64,000 bases of DNA from Antedon mediterranea (Eukaryota > Animalia > Echinodermata). The stretch is taken from assembly GCF_964355755.1 (NCBI RefSeq), contig NC_092680.1:15757045-15821044 (forward strand). Direction: 5' to 3'. The position numbers were made by a program, and so were the translations under genes. The notes under the pieces are model-generated. The model searched no databases, was not told where the DNA came from, and saw only the letters and a list, made by a program, of their open reading frames with translations. Each line of letters starts with the position of its first letter. The stretch's first letter is position 1. Positions 54,950 to 64,000 of this stretch are shown piece by piece.

Positions 54950-57946
54950 TCACAATTGATAATCAACATTGTCATAAATACTTTCGCCTGTCGTTGGATC
55001 AATGTCTTTGGCTACATCTTCTGCTGTGCTCTTTTTCGGTAACTCTTCGTAACTGTCCTCTGTTTTACTTTCACGTGAACTATTAGATCCATTATTTTTT
55101 CTAAAGCTACGCGGAGTAGGCGTTGGTTTAACTCGCATTGTCGGCTTTGATTGCTTTGTACTGCCTTTACCGCCAAACTTTACTGCATTACCAGAACTAT
55201 CTTCTTTCGAGTCATTTAATGGTTTGAGATCAGTGTTCTCATAAACAGGTATATCATCAATAATTCTCATTGGTGCAACTCTTTCTGTAGGTTTACTTTC
55301 TTCCGTATCAAATTCATCGTCTGAAAAATCATCTGTCATATAAGCTGAACTTTCACTAACGCAACTTTCTTTTTCATCAAGGTTTTCATAAGATGGAAAA
55401 TCTTCTATAACTCGTTGATGAACCGCCTGTGGTCTGTTAGGAACAACTTCATGGAATGACTTAAGCAATGTCTGACTCATTTCATTTTCAAAGTTTATCG
55501 ACTGCCGATTTTTGACAACTTCTACGTTTCCTGTCATGTCATTGCCTTTGTTGCCGAGAGGCACAAAATGAACAATGTCATTTTTGTCAATTCTACGTGA
55601 CACACGTAAATCAGGCGTAGATCCACGACCATCAAAACCACTTATTCGCCGTGATAGACTGCGCCTTTTTACGTTTGCCAGTATGTTATCTAATGTATGA
55701 CTACTTCGTCTGCTTGATGTATCCGACTTCGCTGATGCGCTTTTCAATGAATCGACTGCGGTTTTGCGATTACGTCGCATCACAGGTTTATCAAAGGTGT
55801 CTTGCTCAGAAGGAAGGCTAGGAATATCATCCGACTCCTCTTGAGCAACTTCTGTATTGTCAACTTCAACTTGTTGAACTTCGACCTTTGATTTTTCTAC
55901 ATCTTCCTCTACTTTTACAACTTCTGCTTTTGATTTTGTGACCTCGTCAATCTTTTTTTCCTGTGTATCATTTTCAATGTCGATGTTCTCAGACTGTGTT
56001 GGAACATCGTCGACATTAACGGCTATATACTCTTCCTCCTCAACCGAATCCTCTTCCTTATCTGGTTTATTCTTTCTTTTTGGAACTATATGAGTTCGGA
56101 GCCTTAGCATACTTTCAGCAAATGTCCTTGTCGGTTTTTTCGGCCGAAGATCACTTATAAAAGAGCTAAATTTTTCTGTAGGAAGCTTGGCATATATAGA
56201 TCTCAAAAGACTCCCAGTTTTGCTTGTTTCACTTTTATTGTCTGTGGATTCCTCTTCTTTATATACAATGTCAATCGCAATTATGTCATCTTCTTTATTG
56301 GTATCCGCTTCACAGTCTACATTTGGTTCATCCGACAGATCAACATCAATGTATCCACTGTTAATCGCAATGTGTTCTGTTGTCTTACTGGTTTGACCAT
56401 TTCCTTCTTCCGGTGTGTCAACATCAGTTGATTCTTCTACAGCACATGAGGTGCCATCTGTAATTTCTTTCTCCTTTTTCTTAGATACTAATCGTGGTAA
56501 GACAGCAGGCTGACTTAAACTGTCGTCAGCATCATCATTTTTTAGTTGCCTACTGTCTTTCTTTTTCTTTATTGGTTTTGCATAAAGGACATTTTGTTCG
56601 TTAGTGTGTTTAGATGTGTTAACGGCTGATTCATCATTCGAGTTCGATTTAGTTGATACAAATTGCATGAAATGAGCGGATATACGTTTTCCAGATTGAT
56701 TGATTTGATTATTGCGTTTGTACAGAAATATTGCAAGAACAATGACCAATGCTAATAACACAAACATGGAGAGCACTATGCCGATTACAGTTCCTGTTGA
56801 TGAATCGTTCTCTCCAATTTCTCCCCTTGCTTCAGCATCGTTACCGAATTCTGACTTATCATCACCACCATTTACATACTCTCCACCTGTTTCATTATTA
56901 CCTGATCCGACTGTTACAGCAATATTAATATTTGTAGGAACAATTTCAGGTTCACTGACAAATGCAGTTGTCTGGCCGTAATGTATGTTATTGTCATCTG
57001 GATTCTTGGGGTCTTTTTTACCTGTCACACGACACACGATCTGTGCTTTATTTAATACTTGTGTAGCCCAAAGTATTTTGAGTGTTTTTCCATTATGTTT
57101 AATCCTAAAATGAACGTCTTCTGTTAAAAGTAATGATGGGACTTTACCATTTATCCACCACTTATACTTTAGAGGCCCATCTATGTCATTGCCTTCACAT
57201 ACAAACTTCCCAGTTTTATTTAACATCATAGGTTGCACACCAGGATCAACGGAGACTTTAGGTTTTATTGGTACAGGAGTCAAACTGCACGACGGAGGTT
57301 TCCTAACTTTAGGATAGGCAACTACGCAGGAAAAGGTGCTACCTCTCTCGTTCTCTGTAATATTCCAAGCCATATTGTTTAAAGAAGAACGTGGAATGTT
57401 GTCTTCAATAGGAATTCCGTTTTTTTGCCACACAATTCGAGGGATTGGAGTCCCTGTGCTGGTGCAACGCATTGTAGCAGCCTGGTTGGGTATTGCAGTA
57501 TTTTGCCAAACCAATGTACATAGTGGTGTTTTAGGAGGATCAAGTACCACCAGTGATGCTACAGGTGTTTTATTTGGCCCTGTTGGCTTAGACGGATAGA
57601 AAAAACACTTGTAGTCAGCAGCATCCTCTGCTGATACGTTTCTTATTTGTAAAAAGTACTCTTTGTTGGTCGTATCTCCAATTATTGAATATCTATTCCG
57701 CTTTGATTGAGGTAATGAACTTTGAATAACATTGTTATTACTAATCCACCCATCGATCCTCCCAAGCGAGTAATACCAGTATACCCTTTCAACGTCGTTT
57801 GTCACAGAACATTTCAATACAACCGTCTCTCCTTTAACAATAGACTTATCGGTAGGCTCCAGAATAAATGAAGAGTTAATAGTTCTTGATGAAAATAATA
57901 TATACAATAAAACAACATATGACGTTGTGACTGTTAAGTAATACAT
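54950..57946 (-). CDS. Type I membrane Ig-superfamily receptor (3 Ig-like domains, TM, ~590-aa Tyr-motif-rich tail), ~998 aa
   Basis: Uninterrupted ORF; first in-frame ATG at 57946 (the track start at 57958 is TTG). Hydrophobic leader; V-like domain (LKC..VYW..LQIRNVSAEDAADYKC); two further Ig domains (MRC..IVW..FSC; FVC..YKW..IVC); TM VIGIVLSMFVLLALVIVLAIFLY. A splice acceptor at ~58026 indicates a 5' UTR intron. Confidence 0.88.
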   Translation of the reverse strand: MYYLTVTTSYVVLLYILFSSRTINSSFILEPTDKSIVKGETVVLKCSVTNDVERVYWYYSLGRIDGWISNNNVIQSSLPQSKRNRYSIIGDTTNKEYFLQIRNVSAEDAADYKCFFYPSKPTGPNKTPVASLVVLDPPKTPLCTLVWQNTAIPNQAATMRCTSTGTPIPRIVWQKNGIPIEDNIPRSSLNNMAWNITENERGSTFSCVVAYPKVRKPPSCSLTPVPIKPKVSVDPGVQPMMLNKTGKFVCEGNDIDGPLKYKWWINGKVPSLLLTEDVHFRIKHNGKTLKILWATQVLNKAQIVCRVTGKKDPKNPDDNNIHYGQTTAFVSEPEIVPTNINIAVTVGSGNNETGGEYVNGGDDKSEFGNDAEARGEIGENDSSTGTVIGIVLSMFVLLALVIVLAIFLYKRNNQINQSGKRISAHFMQFVSTKSNSNDESAVNTSKHTNEQNVLYAKPIKKKKDSRQLKNDDADDSLSQPAVLPRLVSKKKEKEITDGTSCAVEESTDVDTPEEGNGQTSKTTEHIAINSGYIDVDLSDEPNVDCEADTNKEDDIIAIDIVYKEEESTDNKSETSKTGSLLRSIYAKLPTEKFSSFISDLRPKKPTRTFAESMLRLRTHIVPKRKNKPDKEEDSVEEEEYIAVNVDDVPTQSENIDIENDTQEKKIDEVTKSKAEVVKVEEDVEKSKVEVQQVEVDNTEVAQEESDDIPSLPSEQDTFDKPVMRRNRKTAVDSLKSASAKSDTSSRRSSHTLDNILANVKRRSLSRRISGFDGRGSTPDLRVSRRIDKNDIVHFVPLGNKGNDMTGNVEVVKNRQSINFENEMSQTLLKSFHEVVPNRPQAVHQRVIEDFPSYENLDEKESCVSESSAYMTDDFSDDEFDTEESKPTERVAPMRIIDDIPVYENTDLKPLNDSKEDSSGNAVKFGGKGSTKQSKPTMRVKPTPTPRSFRKNNGSNSSRESKTEDSYEELPKKSTAEDVAKDIDPTTGESIYDNVDYQL

Positions 57947-60900
57947 TGTGTAGTTCAATCAAGTGTCCAATCTATACTGTCCACGCTGACGTCGTGTTTT
58001 TGGCCGTTCCTTATTTCATGCGTCCTGGAAGACAAAAAAAAACAACATATGACATTCAGTTATGGTAGAAAATTGAGTTCATACATTTAGTAGGTTGAAA
58101 CTCTACGGTGCATTACGGACGTATACAAATCGATTATATTATAAACTTGTACCAATTCATTAATGTAGTGAGTTTTTAAAATGTAATGCCTTCATAGGCC
58201 TGGCGTTTATCGTATACAATGAACTGGGTGTTTTATACGCATCATAGGTCTATACATATAAAAATAGCGGAAATCATATATCCGCAATTTAGGCGGATAT
58301 CCTTAGATTCTGTTAGCTTTATAGGCAATACAATAACAAACTATGAGTATACCATATTTGAAATTTATGCTAACAATTTATCATCAGCATTGTATCATTT
58401 ATTCAATCAACAGTTAAAGAATCATTAGTATCTGAAATAAATAAAGTTGAAGATGAAGAATACTTTCCGATGGATCCACTGAAATATCAATAAGTCGCGA
58501 TCTACTACACTGAACCAATCAAAAAAGAAATAATAATAATAATAATAATAACTTGGCCATTGTTAAGTTGTAAAACATTTTTACACGCCCTCGTTTTCTA
58601 TTTGGTTACTGTACACACTCTGAATTCATCACAGTTTAAGGTAATCACAAAACTGTGATGTATCATTCATTAACAGCTCCCTTTTTTCAACCAAGGCAAT
58701 CAAACAACATTATGCCGAGCTCCGGAGAGATCAAAGGCGTTATCTGTGACTGCGACACGATCAGTTCCACGCGGGAAAATATGTACATAGTTTACAGTAT
58801 GTGTGTATTGTCGCAGCCAGACATAATATCAAAGGACTGTCACGAGTTCCTATCGTGGCAAAGCGAGCTTAGTGTTCTGTTGTTTCAACTAACTTCAGTT
58901 AGCGTATAAGTACGCCGTAATAATACACTAGGCCAAAATATTCTGTGAACCATGTGTATCCATTCATTCGGTGTATTAGATTCGGGATTATTCAGTTAAA
59001 ACAATAAATTAAACAAAAAGCAAGAACATGTGGTGTATATACTCATTGTGTAAGTTTAATTGTGTGTAAAGAGTTAGCACCAAGTAACAATCGTGTTTAG
59101 CTAACAATTAGTTATTAATTAATGATCCTGAAACGTCGGTTAAAACAACAATTACAAATGAATTGTTCAATATTAATATTATCATAATATTATAATAAAA
59201 TAAATGGGAACTACGGTCATTTTTATTTTATCTCGAGAAGACCTGTAGTGGTAGGATGGGCCGAATGACCGACACATGAACTGAAAATGTACAAACATAA
59301 TCGTCAAATGTACAGTAATAATATAGCTATGTAATTTAAATCAATACCATTGTGTATATTCTTATAGCGTTCTCTTCTTAATGCAATGCACACAAATTAA
59401 AATTAAAGTAATTTGATTAGGCCCACAACATTTCTATTGGACTGTGATAAGTAACATTTATCTTTAGTTATTCTTATGGTATATAATAGTATTGTCATTA
59501 TTTTATTTATATTTATTTGAAATAATATTAGAATACTCTTTCAAATAGTAATTTTAATCTAACCAAATTGTTACCATAACCTCATTGTTTGAAAGACAAT
59601 TTGGCCATCTTTTTCTTTAAATTACAGTTAAATATGATTAAATACCTTTTTTCCGAACCAATTTTGGTCAAAGTAAATAGGTAGTATAAGACATTAAAAT
59701 AGTATATCCAACAAAGATGTAAGAAAAAATTGCTATCTTGATTCTCTCATGTGTAACATTAATGAATAAGGAAAATGAGAGGGTGAAAAATAAATAAAAT
59801 AAATAATAAATGTAAGAAAGAAATATAGTGTCATGCATTTTTATAAGGTCTTTTTATTTAATTTTATTCAATTGCTTCGTTCTAACGTAGTCCTTTCTTT
59901 ATAATTTTATTACGAATAGTCTACCTATTCAATTATATGCATGTATTTTTGCTTTGTAATTAGTATCTATTTTTTAATAAATAGTTATTAATACGTTTGA
60001 AGGTACGTGTTTAAAACATGCCGGGTAGGGCAGGGGGAAATTGCCGAGGTATGATGCGACACACCCGGTCCACTTAGGGAAAACCCCTAAACTGATTACA
60101 AAGTGCCTCTATTTGCTAATCACTATATTATGTAGGTTTATAAATATATGCCATTGCATAAAGTAAGATGAAAATGAATGTACTAAACTATGTCTAACCC
60201 GTATTAGTATGTGGACACGATCGAAGAACAATTTGACATGAACTTTCTGCAGCAGTCCAGATCATCGGAAATACTCAACATAGCTCAGCCTTGAACCAAC
60301 CGTCCTCCCAAAAGGAAATGGATTAGCTAGATAATATCTCATTTTAACACACATTTTAAATTTCATGTAGATTATTAACATTCTAGATAATGTATGCAAG
60401 TTCACGTTGATTAGCAATGTGGCCCGGAATAGATATAGTAGCCTACCCAGTGTCTGATGAAATAAGGCACACACAACGCAAAACTATTTGATTCAATATC
60501 ACAATCACATACAAATTACAAAATTGAAGAAAAAAAAAGTATAAATATAGGCTACACAAGAGTAATTAAAATAAAATGTTGAGCTTTAAACAAAATTAAA
60601 ATATCAGTAATATTATTTCAATGGGCTCTCCGTGTATGTGTGTGATTACCAAACAAAGATTATCATACAAAACAATTCAACAAACACATTATAATAATGT
60701 AGCCTACTATAACCATAGAGATATTATAATACTCTTCTATAACGTATCAGAATATACGTACCAAAAGACCTACAATACAACGGTCATGGCGTGATATATC
60801 TCTACCAGCTGATATTAAACCAAGCCCACAAAGCTGCAAATCTCATCGTTATTGTCTGTGCGTAAAAGACTATCCTCCTTTGTTCATTTCCAGACGAACT

Positions 60901-63900
60901 ATGGCATAAACACGACAATCTAGTGGTATATTAACTTATAATATAAATTTGGACATTTAAATGGTCTGAAAACACTCAACAGATGCCGAAACCATTGGAA
61001 GTAAGTCTATATCAACACAGCGGCTGGTAAAACTACTTCGCTTTGAACGTCTGGAAATGAAACTAACTATTGTCTATTACTCATTATAGTACAGTATTAT
61101 AGTATCGTCTGTACTAGATATACTTTATTTGTAGTCACACATTTAATAAGGGGTATTAAAACATTGCAATGAAAATTATGTTTGATAAACGGTAAATGTC
61201 ACTTTTCTTGTAATACATTTTCCCATTCTAATTTTCTAAAAGTTGAAACTTAATCATCAATTTTGGAAGTGTTATTAATTAATATTATGTAATTGTATTA
61301 TTATTATTTGATTATTTTCATTAACTTTTGATACATAAACACATTAAACTTCATTTTCTATTTTCTGTACCGTATTATATTTACTGTTTAGAAATGACAT
61401 GATTTCTGACAGATTGAATTCAAATTCTAAAAATCCTCACAATTATTAATATTATTTATTCTAAATAAAAATTAAGGTAACAAATACTTATACATTATGA
61501 AGAATTTTATGATTATGTTGACCCATATGTTACATCAGGTGTACAGTAGGGCCCAGAGGGGGAAGTTTCTTCCCAGAGCCAATTATATTTACACTATAAG
61601 GACATACCTAACTAAATCAGTACACAAACACATTCAACATACACACAACATAATCAAATAAAAATGGAAATAATACTTACAACTTCAGGCCTACAAAGCG
61701 CTGTATAGTAAATGAGATTTATGATAAACTAAGCAGAATACACTTATGAAAGGAAAGTACTGTGGCCCCGGGGTGAATCATTGATGACGTATTCGTCACG
61801 TGACGTTGGATTCCCTTCGGTCTTTTTTCTGACTAAGAATTTTTCAAAAACATGTCATTTATCATTAATTATGATAAATAATTATGTTACATTATCATAT
61901 TAGTGTATTGAACGTTTAAATAAAATGTGTCAATTTGTCATGTTACTTATGTTATTACCTATCTGAGTTCTATATTATAAATAACTTCTACATTTTTAAA
62001 AGTGGCCAATTATTCAAGGTTTTTATTTTCAGTGTTTTTAACTGAAACAAGATGATATAATCAAGTATTTTGGTAAGTGTTTTTTTTAGGGTTATGAATT
62101 TTAATTAGTTCTTTTTAACTTATTCTATTAACAAAAATGGTTCAGCAAGTTCATGGTGTAACATTATTCGTATACATGGTATCGACTTTACCATTGAAAA
62201 ATGATGAAATGAGACCCCTGTTCATACTTACGTTTAATTCCCACGTAGACGTAACGCAGGCGAGTTGAACAATGACAAACGACTGTTTGAATAATCCATC
62301 GCTTGTTATTGGTCAAATCCCTTACGTTGCGTTACGTCCTTGTGCTGCGTCTCTAGTGGTAACCAAGTATTATTTATTAAATTTTGCACTCATAAAACAA
62401 TACATTTATTAAACAATCTGACAGATGTGTGTTCAAGTTTGTGTGTCAAAAATATAAATCCTAAATATATAAATGCCACCCTAAGCCGGGATGGGATCAT
62501 TCACCTAATTATCACTATTTTAAAAGAAGTTTGAATTTGTTTTATTTACTTGAAAACGGAAATCAAGTCGGGGTGTGATAACGATAGTTTTTGGTTGGAC
62601 GGAAACCTAATTAAGAATGGTTAGTGAATACGTTCAACAATCATGCAAAAATTGAACTAAACACAATGGAAAGCAGCAATGGGTTTCAATAATGGGCCCA
62701 AAATGAACTTTAGTTAGCCTTTAATATATATAAATAGGTCTTATATTAAATAATGATATTAATCTGTTTTAATTAATTCTAGACAAAATATCATTAAATA
62801 GTTTCTCTGGCTCGTTGATTGTTAAGGGTTTTAATATTTACGTACGATATCAGACAAGCATAACATACAGTCAACTTAATTGACCTTTATTATTATCCAT
62901 TCTTTACGACATTTATTTAGAAAATCGATCTTAGTCTAATTTAAATGGATTATTAACAAATCACCTGCAACTAAACAACCTAAAAATGTAAACTAAATAC
63001 GTGCACGTGATATGCGTAAAGTAATGTAGGCGCGTTACGTTACGTTTGGAACCTGTCAATGCAAGGACAACCTGCGTATAATGCCACGTCCTTCAGACGG
63101 GACGCTACGTCATTGGTCTTGTGTAACATTTAACCATTCTTTAATTTCACTCATAGGTCTACATATATATCTTTTCATATTTACCATCATTAATGTAATC
63201 TAAATAATAGCGTTGAATTTCTGTCTTTGTTTGAAGCATTATTTAAAACAATAGGCCTAACCTAAGATTCTTAGATTCTTAGACCAAAGTAAAAAAACCG
63301 ATAAGTTCCTTACTCGTTATCAAATTATCCTGAGCGTGTGTCATAATTCTCCGTTTGACGAGGTGATATCGCCAGGGTTCAATTTGGCACGATGAAGTAA
63401 AATTGAATGTACATAATTGTGCCTAATGGTTCAGTGTAAGCTACTTCGACCTCGCAAGAGACAGTTCTTAAGAGGCCTACAGAAAACTTTCGTTTTGTAA
63501 CTGAAATTATACATATTGAAAAAAACCATCGTAAAATAATTATTGTAAAACACAAATAAATAACTAAAACGACTTTCTGTTTTTGCAGTATTCATTTTTA
63601 TACAGTACAGTATTCAGTTTTCCAGGGACACCCCTATAGATTAACGGGATACTTACCAGTGACAAGATCGAGGGGAAATATATTATGTTCAACAAGTATA
63701 CTGAACTGAGATTTAGAAAAGCTAGCTGCTACATATAATTCACTTTAAATCTAAACAAAAAAGCTGAATGTGTTGATAAAACCAGAGCAATTGCTCTGTG
63801 GTCTAATAGTTTTAATCAGCCGCACAGAAAAAAATTATGACGTATATCTTTAATTGCCAGACATGATTCATCTTTTTAAAAATAGGACGATTCGTGGATA

Positions 63901-64000
63901 TTTGGTTCAATAGAGATAATAAAGTACTTTATTAAGATTATTGGTTGGCATGAAAATAAAGAAATTTGCCGTGTTTATATGATTTTCAATGTCAAGAGAT

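Noticed and set aside
56187-57599. Plus-strand ORFs overlapping the Ig receptor
   Set aside because: Antisense shadows of the long minus-strand CDS.
60260-60560. Possible LINE remnant or upstream coding exon
   Set aside because: No recognisable RT or endonuclease motif, and no convincing splice context.
61675-61810. Candidate non-coding first exon and promoter of the Ig receptor (minus-strand gtaagt donor at ~61680, gtcacgtgac E-box at ~61795)
   Set aside because: Plausible but unsupported without transcript data; such motifs occur by chance.

Overview
AT-rich, intron-rich animal genomic DNA. An invertebrate deuterostome such as an echinoderm is likely, inferred from the gene set and a Deu/Nin-domain SINE. 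From left to right: WDR93 (minus, 12 exons seen, 3' end outside the window); LINS1/Lines head-to-head with it (plus, 4 coding exons, two tRNA-like ATC-anticodon genes in intron 3, and a 30-bp minisatellite in both CDS and 3' region); cactin (minus, 18 coding exons); a 13.3-kb non-coding repeat block at 24514-37815; a deleted hAT element with a 5-bp TSD; a decaying multi-exon gene with duplicated amphipathic-helix exons; RPS17 (minus, Gly14 tail); and an Ig-superfamily receptor with an intronless CDS and a long Tyr/ITIM-bearing tail. Many MITEs and SINE/LINE fragments sit in introns. The most notable item is the 13.3-kb block. It is not a plain satellite but eight non-autonomous Helitron/Helentron-like elements of four subtypes nested inside one another. 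Six stacked 5' heads and two internal heads bracket-match eight bodies by subtype, and every nested insertion uses the same A^T site within the element's own 5' end. All gene models and repeat boundaries were read by eye.
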